NCBI GenBank assembly: GCA_025920425.1
Contig: JAPDLS010000001.1
Span: 308,484-372,483 of the forward strand
Length of the DNA: 64,000 nt
Reading direction: 5' to 3'
Source of the DNA: Candidatus Haiyanarchaeum thermophilum
GTDB taxonomy: Archaea; Nanobdellota; Nanobdellia; JAPDLS01; Haiyanarchaeaceae
Translations under genes and position numbers: made by a program
The notes under the pieces: model-generated
Database searches by the model: none
The model's input: the letters and a program-made list of their open reading frames with translations, nothing else
Told to the model about the DNA's origin: nothing
Shown: piece by piece, positions 18,864 through 27,977 of the stretch
How positions within the stretch are numbered: the first letter of the stretch is position 1
Layout: each line of letters opens with the position of its first letter

Positions 18864-19967
18864 CTATCTTTGCCCAAGGCCCTCCTTGATCAGTTTCTCC
18901 CTCTTCTCCTCCAGCTCCTCCTTCTTCTCTACCCTTATCATCCCATCTCTCCTCAACTCGTCGAATTTTCTGGCCTTCTCTACCATCTCAAACTCAAAGC
19001 TTTCCCCCCTAGCTTTTCTCAACTCTCTCAAGATTCTAGACATATCCTCGACGAACTTTTTTGCCTTCGTGAAATATTCCTCTATTTCCCTTCCACTCAC
19101 TCTCTTCCTCTCCCGATGTTCTACTGACTTGTAAAGGGAGATTATTTCCTCAGCTATCCCGACCAACTCCTCATCGATGAGCTTTCTTGGAAGCATGAAT
19201 TCCCTAAGAAAACTCACTACCTCATTTGGAGCTGGAGGCCTATATCCAAGTTCCATGAGTACAGCCTGAGCTGAGCTCACGATGGCCTGTTCCAAATCAT
19301 ATGTAAGTTTCTCTGTAACTACATTCTCCACAAGATCTAGGAGATCAAATGCTATGCTCATATGCTTATCTATGCACTCCTTAGTAGGTCTTATGTTCCC
19401 ACTTATCAGCGATCTCTGCAAAGGTAGGAAGAAACCCACATCATATACAGGAAGTCCATCTCTCAAAATATTACATATCACAGGATTTCCTTCCCGTACA
19501 TACTCCAGAAACTCACTCAGTAAGTAGGGCTGAGGATGAATTCTCTTGGAAATTGGCCTAGCCCTTTCATAAAGGTGCTGGAATAGTCTCTCCTTGAGTT
19601 CAGGTCTACTCATTCGTTGTACATCAGTATCATCTACTATCACAGCTACATCGATATCACTACTTTTTCTCTTTCCTATCCCGGTCCTACTAGATCCCCA
19701 GATAACAACTGCCTTTATATAATGTTTAAACTTCTCGAGGATACTAGCAGTATAGATCTCAACATATCTCAACTCTCTTCTGGTGAGGAAATCTCCAACA
19801 GTAACAGGCCTTCTCTCCACGATTGCTTGGGTTAACTGGGTAACTCCTGCCAAATTTCCAGGAAATCCCAATGATTTTTCCTCCTTTTTCAGATTTCTCC
19901 CTTTTTTTGAGTTTTTCTCGAATTTTTCCGGAGTTTTTCCACCAATTTCAGTTTTTTCTTCCTCCAT
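18864..19967 (-). CDS. Nucleotidyltransferase (MNT) fused to a HEPN-like helical domain
   Basis: VIWGS...SDIDVAVIVDD, NILRDG, helical C-domain EQAIVSSAQAVLM. Confidence 0.85.
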   Translation of the reverse strand: MEEEKTEIGGKTPEKFEKNSKKGRNLKKEEKSLGFPGNLAGVTQLTQAIVERRPVTVGDFLTRRELRYVEIYTASILEKFKHYIKAVVIWGSSRTGIGKRKSSDIDVAVIVDDTDVQRMSRPELKERLFQHLYERARPISKRIHPQPYLLSEFLEYVREGNPVICNILRDGLPVYDVGFFLPLQRSLISGNIRPTKECIDKHMSIAFDLLDLVENVVTEKLTYDLEQAIVSSAQAVLMELGYRPPAPNEVVSFLREFMLPRKLIDEELVGIAEEIISLYKSVEHRERKRVSGREIEEYFTKAKKFVEDMSRILRELRKARGESFEFEMVEKARKFDELRRDGMIRVEKKEELEEKREKLIKEGLGQR

Positions 19968-20062
19968 AAACCCCTACAGATTGCCTGAGTTTATAAAGTG
20001 TGTGTTACTCCAAGATAGAAATGCTTAAATATAAGTAGAACTTACTAGAAAGTGGTGATAAT

Positions 20063-20428
20063 ATGGCACAAGATACCATTGAAAATCTGGAGAAGATAGC
20101 TGCTGCTACCTCTGTAATTCAGCCCCTGAGAGAGATAAAGTTAGATGATATACTAGGAGCAGTATGGAACCCATTCCTAGATGAGTACCAGAATCACCCA
20201 TTAGTACCTTATTTAAGTAGCTTCCTCAGAGCTGCCCATATAGCTGCTTCCCAATTTTTGGGCTTAACTCCAAAAGCCTATGCAGATCTCATCACCATTT
20301 GGGAAGGTAAGGGAGTGTTGAGTAAGGCGAAGTCAGAATTTGAGAAGGCCCTAGAAAAGAAGTGGGCTACAATTGACCCCTTCCAGAAAGCTGCCGTCTT
20401 AACTGCTGTCTATCCTCTAGTTAAATAG
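20063..20428 (+). CDS. Hypothetical helical protein
   Basis: 121-aa ORF with its own TATA (TTAAATA) and GGTGA ribosome-binding site. Confidence 0.8.
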   Translation: MAQDTIENLEKIAAATSVIQPLREIKLDDILGAVWNPFLDEYQNHPLVPYLSSFLRAAHIAASQFLGLTPKAYADLITIWEGKGVLSKAKSEFEKALEKKWATIDPFQKAAVLTAVYPLVK

Positions 20429-20464
20429 ACCAACCCATCCTTCTGTTTTTTAAGTTTTTATCTC

Positions 20465-21310
20465 CTACGACTTCATCTCCCTCTCTACGAAATCTATGAA
20501 TTCCTGTACCTTTCTCCTACATTCATCAACTTCCTCAGGAGCAGCAGTCCTCTTTTCTCTCCTTGTAATGGCCTTCATCAAATTTATCATTTCATCTAGG
20601 GTCCTGATGTGCTTCTCCTCCACACTTATCTTCTTGACAAGTTCATTTTTAAATACATCAACTATATCCTTTGGAGAGGGCACCTCTATCTCCTCATGCA
20701 TGAGGAGTGCATGAGCCGCACTGATACATGCCCAGTAAAGATCATCGATAGCGGTGAGCATTCGCAGATCCACCAAATTTACCAAGGCCTTTGCTCTATT
20801 CAAGTAGGCATCTATTGCCTCCTTACTCGGCCTTATTCTACCCAAAAGCAATAATCTCTTGAGCGGTTCAAAGAATCTCATGTTCTCCACTATCGGCTTT
20901 CCGTCTCTCAAGATGTTTATTGCTATCGGATCAGCATGCATCACCGCATCGAACCAATCAGAGATCCCGATTGTGGTGAGATGAATTCTATCTACAGCAT
21001 TCAACCGAGCTAAGATCTCCCCTGCTCCCAGACGATAGGCTGAGATTATCTCATGGGTAATTGGAGTTGTAACATCATCTACTATTACTAGGAGATCCAG
21101 ATCGCTTTTGGCAGTAGGCCCCTCTCTTGCCCTAGAACCAAAAAGTACTACTGCTCCTATGAAACCCCCAAATTTCTGGGTGAGTTCTCTGGTGAAGTCG
21201 TAGATAAGCTTGAGATCTTCCTCATTCAGAACTCCTGGCTTTATTGCCTTAAGCCTCAATTTATGCTGCAGATCTATAAGAGCATCGAGCTTAGGTTCCA
21301 TAGATTCCAC
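20465..21310 (-). CDS. Nucleotidyltransferase (MNT) fused to a HEPN-like helical domain
   Basis: VLFGSRAR...SDLDLLVIVDD, NILRDG, YWACISAAHALLM; paralogue of 18864-19967. Confidence 0.87.
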   Translation of the reverse strand: MESMEPKLDALIDLQHKLRLKAIKPGVLNEEDLKLIYDFTRELTQKFGGFIGAVVLFGSRAREGPTAKSDLDLLVIVDDVTTPITHEIISAYRLGAGEILARLNAVDRIHLTTIGISDWFDAVMHADPIAINILRDGKPIVENMRFFEPLKRLLLLGRIRPSKEAIDAYLNRAKALVNLVDLRMLTAIDDLYWACISAAHALLMHEEIEVPSPKDIVDVFKNELVKKISVEEKHIRTLDEMINLMKAITRREKRTAAPEEVDECRRKVQEFIDFVEREMKS

Positions 21311-22864
21311 CTAAAACAGATCTCCTATCCATGTACCATAGAAATAGCTTTCCCTCTTTTTAAAATGTAGCGGATCTAGAAGGAGGTCTGGAGCATGATA
21401 GCTAATTCCTCCTAAGATCTCGGTTGGGATTCCATATGTTTTATAAAGCTCCGGAGCAGTTCTCATCAGGGAGATTGCATAGCTCAACCCACCAAGCGGG
21501 CCTGGCTCATGGAGGATAAATCCCTCAAACTTGATCTCTTGGAGCGCCTCCTTCAACTTTTCAAGTTCTTCCTCACTAAAGGCCTCTCCCACTGGAAGAT
21601 GTGCGTCTATATCTCCAAAATTCTCGTGAGCATGCACATGCACTATCGGTACTCCAAGTTCCTTCAATCTACTTATATATTCAACTGGTCCCCGAATGAG
21701 TACTTCTTTTTCTCTAAGTGTCTCAGGATCCACCACTTTTATACGTAGAGGCTTCAGGGTAGCAGCATGGCCTATATCGAAGGTGGTACCTATATATTTC
21801 CTCGCTTCCTCCCTCTTTACTCCCCTTTTCTCCAATTCCATATATACATGCTCCAATAGATCCCTCATTTCCTCTGGAGTGGAAAATAAGAACCTAGCAT
21901 CATTATTCTCTATTGCTATCTTTATTCCCTTCTTGATGGCATCCACTGCTATCTCTGCTATGTTTTGGGCAAAATTTTCTATCATGCGTTTATAGCCAAG
22001 TTCCAGTATCCTCCTAGGAGTGTCTACTCCTATTTCTACTCCACTGCCAGGAAGCTTTGTTCTCTCCAAGAATGGATTAAAGGCAGAGATCCACCTCTCG
22101 ATATACATCCTCTCTACCTCGAGTTTCCTCTCATATGTCTTCTTCAGCTCTTCTAATCTCTCTAAAAACTTCTCAACCTGCTCCCGTTCTTGGAGAAAAT
22201 TGGGAGGAAAACCAAGCTTACTCGCGAGCTCTTGTACCATCAATTTCTCCACTTCGGTGAGCTCAGGTAATTTCTTTACACTCTCTATGTAGGCATTTAT
22301 CTCTTTAATTCGCTCAACAAAATTCGCCGCAAATTCATCATGCCTCTGTATGGTTTCGAGAATCTCTGCCTTGAGCCTTCTCTCCCTATCCTCTAAGATC
22401 TCTCTAATCGATTTTTCCCTCTCGAACTCAGGGATCCTCTCCACTACCATCTCACTCAGATCATTCCTCCATAAGTAGATTGTATCTGGGGGTTGCCTCG
22501 GAACAATTTGAGTTGGATGCATGTTAATCACTTCTGCTCCAATCTCTTTAGCATACTCTAAACCCTGTCTGAGGAGGCTCTTAGCGCTCTCATTCATCCT
22601 CGGATTTGGATACGCAAGTTCATACTCTTCGATTGGAGGTACATGCCAACTTAACCTTACTTCATTCGCTTTGGCAAGATCTTTTATTACTTCCCTTCCT
22701 GTCTTTCCAACTTCTCCAGCCATCCCCTGAAGTTCTATTATAGGAGCTCCCCAGCAGATAGCTCTTTCCATTCCAATTGGAGGAGTTACTCCTCTCTCTA
22801 CTGGATATGTAGTTCCAAGCAAGTATTTTCCAAAGAAGCTCTTATAGCTCGTATATTCCATCAC
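21311..22864 (-). CDS. Xylose-isomerase/endonuclease IV-like TIM-barrel metalloprotein with coiled-coil insertion
   Basis: SWHVP, NMHP, IENN, TFDIGHA, HVHAHENFGDIDAHLPVG, HEPG. Confidence 0.85.
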   Translation of the reverse strand: MMEYTSYKSFFGKYLLGTTYPVERGVTPPIGMERAICWGAPIIELQGMAGEVGKTGREVIKDLAKANEVRLSWHVPPIEEYELAYPNPRMNESAKSLLRQGLEYAKEIGAEVINMHPTQIVPRQPPDTIYLWRNDLSEMVVERIPEFEREKSIREILEDRERRLKAEILETIQRHDEFAANFVERIKEINAYIESVKKLPELTEVEKLMVQELASKLGFPPNFLQEREQVEKFLERLEELKKTYERKLEVERMYIERWISAFNPFLERTKLPGSGVEIGVDTPRRILELGYKRMIENFAQNIAEIAVDAIKKGIKIAIENNDARFLFSTPEEMRDLLEHVYMELEKRGVKREEARKYIGTTFDIGHAATLKPLRIKVVDPETLREKEVLIRGPVEYISRLKELGVPIVHVHAHENFGDIDAHLPVGEAFSEEELEKLKEALQEIKFEGFILHEPGPLGGLSYAISLMRTAPELYKTYGIPTEILGGISYHAPDLLLDPLHFKKRESYFYGTWIGDLF

Positions 22865-23391
22865 AACTCCTCAACCCCTTGAATGTAGCTCTGGATCCTC
22901 TTCTTTACTTCCAGCCTCTTGCCAATTCCTAGAATTTCTCCAAACTTCTGAGCAATGCTTACAGGATGTTCTATCTGCTCTTCAGAACCCATACTAAACC
23001 TGTCCTTCTCCAAAATCCTTTTAACTACGTCTTCTTCGTTCTCCTCCACTCCTCTCTCCCTCTCCACACTAATCGATGGGCCCATTTCTCTGATACTCAA
23101 ACTCCTCTCCATAGGAACATACATAACTGGTTGGAAAGACTGTGCTTGTTGGACTGAACTCTCCACTTCTTCAGCAACCACTACTTCCCCTCTGAAATTT
23201 TCTTCAGTAAATCCTCTCACTTCAACAGCTTCAAATTCTCTATGACTTATTTCGCTTTGGAGGAGCTCATCCTCCAGTTTTCTCAGCTCACCCTCATCTA
23301 ATTCTCTAGAGATAAGCCTAAGGAATAGTAGCTTTTCTGTCAATGTGGCAAATTTACTCAACTCCTTCCTAACTTCTTCTACACTTACCAT
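22861..23391 (-). CDS. Hypothetical acidic protein
   Basis: 176-aa ORF overlapping both neighbours in an operon. Confidence 0.75.
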   Translation of the reverse strand: MVSVEEVRKELSKFATLTEKLLFLRLISRELDEGELRKLEDELLQSEISHREFEAVEVRGFTEENFRGEVVVAEEVESSVQQAQSFQPVMYVPMERSLSIREMGPSISVERERGVEENEEDVVKRILEKDRFSMGSEEQIEHPVSIAQKFGEILGIGKRLEVKKRIQSYIQGVEEL

Positions 23392-24536
23392 GTTAACATC
23401 CCAAATGCCTTCTTCAAAGTATCATAAAGGGTATCTAGATCTTGAAGAGCTTTGAGAGCCATATTTCTATCCCTATACTCTGCTCCACTTAAGTAATAGA
23501 GAAACCTTAATCTGGATTTCTTGACCTTTCTCTCCTGCTTCTCAATTTTCTCCTCCTTCACTTCTTGTTTACTGTACGTGAGCACTAATCTTTTGAACCA
23601 TTCCTCGACTGGATCCTTCTTCCACTCCTCAAGCTGTTGAATGAATGTATCCAGATCCATAAGTACACTTCTCAACAGCAATTCAGTCCTCATATATCTC
23701 CCAGGAGGAGAGGAACCCCTTATCAAGAACTGAAGCTGAATGCACGGTACAAAATTCCCAAACTCACTTTTCAGCTTTACCTCATCAAATCCTTTATAGG
23801 CGAGTAATTCTACAACTCCGTAGATATTTCCTCCAATTGTGACTAGCTCCGGAGAAATCGGCTCAACCCTCATCTGTAGACTTTGCACATTTCTTATTAA
23901 TGGCTTTACCCATTCTTTGTATAGGTTCACCGTCTCACTACTAGCCTTTATCCTCTCCTCAATTATCTGAAGCATCTCCTTCAAACTTTCATACCACATC
24001 TTTTTCCACGTCTGATATTCTAGAAACTTTCTCTTCAAAAAGTTCTTCACCCTCTCGTTTGTGGGAAGTTTATCTATCTCCTCCACTGAATTGACTCTGA
24101 AGAACCAATCCCTCACAGTAAAGAAAGGTAGATTCCTAGTAACTTGCGTTATACTTGATGCACCAGTCTTTACATCCACGAAATCTACCCACAGTCCCTT
24201 CAGTACGAGCTCTCCAGGAGGCTTCTTGGCCTTCTCATAATAATCCAAACACTCCTTAATCCTCTGATAATCTTGTTTCATTGCTACGATTCCTTTTAGG
24301 ATGGTACCTATCTGAGCTAGAAAAGAGCTCGCATCTGCCATGGAGAGATGGATTGCTTGAAGCATGCTGTAGAACTCTGGAGCCCTTGCACTTATGTTGT
24401 AATAATCTGCCCCTTTCACCACTTTGTACTTCAGATTTACTCTAAGAAAATCTAGTATCCAGTAATAAAATGGTTCGAAAACTGCTCCAGCATGCAGCTC
24501 ATATATTAGCCTATATTCTTTTACCTTCTCTATCAC
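23385..24536 (-). CDS. Hypothetical protein, first gene of operon
   Basis: 383-aa ORF, long helical segments, FEPFYYWILDF and LKGLWVDFVD motifs. Confidence 0.8.
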   Translation of the reverse strand: MIEKVKEYRLIYELHAGAVFEPFYYWILDFLRVNLKYKVVKGADYYNISARAPEFYSMLQAIHLSMADASSFLAQIGTILKGIVAMKQDYQRIKECLDYYEKAKKPPGELVLKGLWVDFVDVKTGASSITQVTRNLPFFTVRDWFFRVNSVEEIDKLPTNERVKNFLKRKFLEYQTWKKMWYESLKEMLQIIEERIKASSETVNLYKEWVKPLIRNVQSLQMRVEPISPELVTIGGNIYGVVELLAYKGFDEVKLKSEFGNFVPCIQLQFLIRGSSPPGRYMRTELLLRSVLMDLDTFIQQLEEWKKDPVEEWFKRLVLTYSKQEVKEEKIEKQERKVKKSRLRFLYYLSGAEYRDRNMALKALQDLDTLYDTLKKAFGMLTW

Positions 24537-24614
24537 ATAGTAGCTTAAGCTGTCTAGCGTTAAAACTTTTTTGTTTGAGAAAGTTTTTATATAACTATTT
24601 CCCTACAGATTTTC

Positions 24615-25139
24615 ATGCAGGTACTCTATGTAATAGCTCCTCAGGACTTTAGGGATGAAGAGTATTTCAAACCATTGGAGATCCTAAAAAAGGCTGGAAT
24701 TCAGGTAATAACCGCAAGTCTCAGAAAGGGGAAATGTATAGGAATGTTTGGAGGGAATGCTAACGCAGAGCTCTCGATCAAGGAAGCAATAGATAAAGTG
24801 GATTCCTTTGATGCTCTCATCATCGCGGGAGGTTCAGGAGCTGTTAAGTTGAGGGAGGACAGCGATATGATTGAACTAGTGAAAAAATTTTATGAGAAGA
24901 AGAAGCTCGTGGCTGCAATTTGCATCTCCCCGACCATTCTAGCTAAGGCAGGTATCCTCAAGGGAAAGCAGGCTACTGTATGGTCAAGTGCCCTAGACAA
25001 AAGTAACATCAACTTGTTACAGAAGTATGGAGCAATTTACAAGGAGGAGAAGGTAGTAATAGACGATAATATTGTCACAGCTTCTGGTCCTGAGGCAGCC
25101 CAACAGTTTGGAGAAGTTATTTTAAGGAAGTTGAGGTAA
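24615..25139 (+). CDS. DJ-1/PfpI family protein
   Basis: FRDEEY, IAGGSG, AAICISP, VTASGP. Confidence 0.93.
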   Translation: MQVLYVIAPQDFRDEEYFKPLEILKKAGIQVITASLRKGKCIGMFGGNANAELSIKEAIDKVDSFDALIIAGGSGAVKLREDSDMIELVKKFYEKKKLVAAICISPTILAKAGILKGKQATVWSSALDKSNINLLQKYGAIYKEEKVVIDDNIVTASGPEAAQQFGEVILRKLR

Positions 25140-25140
25140 G

Positions 25141-25413
25141 ATGTGGCCATTCAAACGCAAGAAGAAGGAGGAATATCCGGAGATTCCTACTATGCCTTCC
25201 CCATCCCTTGAACCATCTTTAATTCCATCCCCAATCCCTCCAGTAGCCATCTCCCCTCCTCAAGTTACTGTAACTTCTCCACCGAGTGTGGAAGGAAACT
25301 TGAGGAAGGATCTTGAGGTCATCTCAGCTAAGCTCGAAACGATTCGAATCCAATTGGAGAGATTGGATCAGAGGATTACCATCTTAGAAAAGCTTATCAC
25401 TCAAAAATATTAG
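25141..25413 (+). CDS. Small protein with Pro-rich linker and C-terminal coiled coil
   Basis: MWPFKRKK, Pro-rich middle, KDLEVISAKLETIRIQLERLDQRITILE. Confidence 0.75.
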   Translation: MWPFKRKKKEEYPEIPTMPSPSLEPSLIPSPIPPVAISPPQVTVTSPPSVEGNLRKDLEVISAKLETIRIQLERLDQRITILEKLITQKY

Positions 25414-26238
25414 ATGCTCTCCTTTATCGACGAATATTTCATTAAACCTCTGAGAACAGGGGAGGGCTATAACATAGTAAATACTCTCACCTACTCCTTC
25501 CTCTTCATCCTCACCACATATTTCCTTTACAAGTTCACGAGGAAGAAAATCAAATTCGATTTTGAGCTTCTGTATTCCCTCTTTCCATTGATGCTAGCAG
25601 CCTCAACTCTAAGGGTACTTGAGGATCTCGGTAAGGTAAGTCCCTTTCTCGTCACCCCAATTATATGGGTCTTATTTCTCTTGTATGGGATTTTACTCCT
25701 TAAGATTGGCCTCTACCTCGAAGAGAGAAAATTGATCGAGCTCAGGAGATTTCTCTTCTTAGCAGGAGTAATTACCTTGGCACCTATGTTCCTCATATAT
25801 CTCTCAACTCCTCCCAGAAATCTGCTCGCTCTCATATTGGTAACCTGCTGGTTCTCAGTTCTCCTCTTCCCTCTCTTTCTCATCCGAAGCTCTGGAAGTT
25901 CAAAGATCCTGGGAGATAGATTGGCTTTCTCCTCACTCATTTTTCATTTATTCGATGCTGTCACCACCTTCGTAGCTCTTGAGTACAATCCCCTCTGGAG
26001 GGCAGAATTTGGAATCTCAAATTACTTCGAACAACATGTGCTTCCAAGGTTTATGATAAGTCTCTTCGGACCTGCAATCATAATCCCAATCAAACTCTTA
26101 GCTATCTCCATATTCCTCCTCCTCATCTTCTCTTACTGTAAGGATAAACAATTGAGAAATTTCCTCTTCATAGTTGCATGCCTTCTAGCTATAATCCCAG
26201 GAGCTAGAGATTTTCTGAGATTGTTGATTCCTATCTAG
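25414..26238 (+). CDS. DUF63 family membrane protein
   Basis: GYNIVNTLTY, LRVLED, HLFDA, EQHVLP, PGARD. Confidence 0.88.
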   Translation: MLSFIDEYFIKPLRTGEGYNIVNTLTYSFLFILTTYFLYKFTRKKIKFDFELLYSLFPLMLAASTLRVLEDLGKVSPFLVTPIIWVLFLLYGILLLKIGLYLEERKLIELRRFLFLAGVITLAPMFLIYLSTPPRNLLALILVTCWFSVLLFPLFLIRSSGSSKILGDRLAFSSLIFHLFDAVTTFVALEYNPLWRAEFGISNYFEQHVLPRFMISLFGPAIIIPIKLLAISIFLLLIFSYCKDKQLRNFLFIVACLLAIIPGARDFLRLLIPI

Positions 26239-26615
26239 CTAATAAGCACAGCATTCACAAATCCTTCCCTACTTGGTCTGTTAGTCACTCTAGCTAAGCC
26301 CTTACTGGTTCTTATGATTGCCCCTCGAGTAATTATTCCCATCCTTACATAATGTCGGCTCGCTGGATTCTCCTCTACTCCCAAGATCTCAAGTTTCTCA
26401 TACTTCTTTGTCTTTGGATCATATACATTTGCTACATTTATGGAAAGTAATCTGGGAATGAGGGAACCGCCTCTCCCCCTCTTGAACTTCAATTTCCTCT
26501 CTCCGATCTTGCACCTTATCTCCTCTCCCCCCATCTCACTCTTTTCCTTTTTTCCTTCCCTAGGAACCTTTCTTCCTGTAAGAGCTCTAGCCCTGCTTTT
26601 CTTCCACTGGACCAT
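26235..26615 (-). CDS. rps8e: 30S ribosomal protein S8e
   Basis: RGRGG, ENPASRHYVRMGIITRGAII, VTNRPSREGFVNAVL. Confidence 0.96.
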   Translation of the reverse strand: MVQWKKSRARALTGRKVPREGKKEKSEMGGEEIRCKIGERKLKFKRGRGGSLIPRLLSINVANVYDPKTKKYEKLEILGVEENPASRHYVRMGIITRGAIIRTSKGLARVTNRPSREGFVNAVLIS

Positions 26616-26705
26616 TTAATCAGCGTTTCAGTAGTAATTTAAAAAACTTCTGAATAGTTAACTATAAAAATAGCAAATTATAGAAAAGAGTGTGGTGATT
26701 TAAGG

Positions 26706-26933
26706 ATGGAAGAGACTCTGAGGCCACTTGACGTCTTAAATAGTGCTAAGGGTACTAGGGTAATGGTAGATCTAAAAAATGGAAAGCAACTAGTAGGTAC
26801 ACTCCTTGCATTCGATATTCACATCAACATCGTACTCGATGATGCTGAGGAAATCATAGAAAATGAGACAAAGAGGAAATTGGGCAAGATCTTCGTAAGA
26901 GGAGACACGATCATTTCGATAGCTGTTAAGTAA
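26706..26933 (+). CDS. Sm-like archaeal protein (SmAP/Lsm)
   Basis: [25 protein letters not shown]; conserved linkage to L37e. Confidence 0.95.
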   Translation: MEETLRPLDVLNSAKGTRVMVDLKNGKQLVGTLLAFDIHINIVLDDAEEIIENETKRKLGKIFVRGDTIISIAVK

Positions 26934-26935
26934 AA

Positions 26936-27103
26936 ATGGTTAAAGGCACTCCTTCTAAGGGAAAAAAGGCCAGAGGGAAGAGTCACATCATCTGCAGGCG
27001 TTGCGGTAAGCACAGCTTTAATGTCTCTAAGGGCTACTGTGCGAGCTGTGGCTTCGGTAGATCAGCTAAATGGAGGAAATATAACTGGAGTAATAAAAAG
27101 TAG
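26936..27103 (+). CDS. rpl37e: 50S ribosomal protein L37e (not in ORF track)
   Basis: [51 protein letters not shown]. Confidence 0.96.
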   Translation: MVKGTPSKGKKARGKSHIICRRCGKHSFNVSKGYCASCGFGRSAKWRKYNWSNKK

Positions 27104-27104
27104 G

Positions 27105-27302
27105 TCATTTGAATTCCTGAGGAATTGCCCACTCTATCTCCTTCCTCTTCCTATCATCTAAGTACTTGACACTCTTAATCTTCTGTGGTCTCTCACATGG
27201 TTTGAATCCTTCCTTTGTCTTGATAAACCACATCCCCCTAATTTCATAAAATACATTTCCTTCCTCGTCGATGCACTCCTTCATGAAGCTCAAAAAATGC
27301 AC
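27105..27302 (-). CDS. Small hypothetical protein (probable start 27284)
   Basis: Fills the gap between rpl37e and tRNA-Lys; protein-like composition. Confidence 0.55.
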   Translation of the reverse strand: MHFLSFMKECIDEEGNVFYEIRGMWFIKTKEGFKPCERPQKIKSVKYLDDRKRKEIEWAIPQEFK

Positions 27303-27338
27303 AAGTTTTTTATACCTTTCGAAGTAATTAATGAGTTA

Positions 27339-27434
27339 GGGCCCGTAGCTCAGTCTGGTAGATAAGCTGGAGGCTTAGCCAAGAGCAACCGGCTCTTAAC
27401 CGGTTGGTCGCGGGTTCAAATCCCGTCGGGCCCA
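27339..27434 (+). tRNA. tRNA-Lys(CTT) with 22-nt non-canonical intron (27362-27383, position 22/23)
   Basis: Acceptor GGGCCCG/CGGGCCC-A, anticodon arm ACCGG-CTCTTAA-CCGGT; the D-arm insertion forms a bulge-helix-bulge. Confidence 0.93.
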
Positions 27435-27449
27435 CTGCCATCCTCAAAT

Positions 27450-27977
27450 TCAAAAATACTTCTCGTCACACCACAATCTAGACGAGCATGATTTGCAGAA
27501 TCGGTAATTTTTCCTATCTGTATCGGCTAAGCAATTGCTGAAATGCATCACACATAAAGGGTTTTTGCAATGTTCAAGTCCAAGTGTATAGCCCACTTCA
27601 TGGATTATCTCTTTTAAAGCTCTCTCTAAGAACAAATTTTTATTTACATCTTGTAATCTGGCTAATGAAACTATCGCAAACTTGCCAGAAAGTTCAGCCT
27701 CGCCGAACACGAAATTCAAGCCTTCAGCATAAATATCCTCTTCCACGATTCCAACTATCTTCTCCTCGCCACTCTCTCTAGGAAATATCGATTGCAGGAG
27801 TGAGAGGAGTTTAGAGGAATTAAATTGCTTTCTTACCCGATTGTAGGCCTCCTTCGGCAATTTCAGACTTTTCTCACTAATTTCGCATTCTATTCCAACA
27901 TCTTGAATTAATCCTTTAAGTTCGAGCAATACTTCGCTTTTTACTCTTCCTATCGGCTGTAGGACTACCTTTACCAT
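27450..27977 (-). CDS. Archaemetzincin (AmzA)-like protease with altered zinc motif
   Basis: GLNFVFGEA, HEVGYTLGLEHC, CVMHFSN, FCKSC. Confidence 0.88.
   Translation of the reverse strand: MVKVVLQPIGRVKSEVLLELKGLIQDVGIECEISEKSLKLPKEAYNRVRKQFNSSKLLSLLQSIFPRESGEEKIVGIVEEDIYAEGLNFVFGEAELSGKFAIVSLARLQDVNKNLFLERALKEIIHEVGYTLGLEHCKNPLCVMHFSNCLADTDRKNYRFCKSCSSRLWCDEKYF

Noticed and set aside
18864-21310. Classical MNT-HEPN toxin-antitoxin module
   Set aside because: The domains are fused, no R-x4-6-H RNase motif is evident, and the genes sit in a larger housekeeping-like operon
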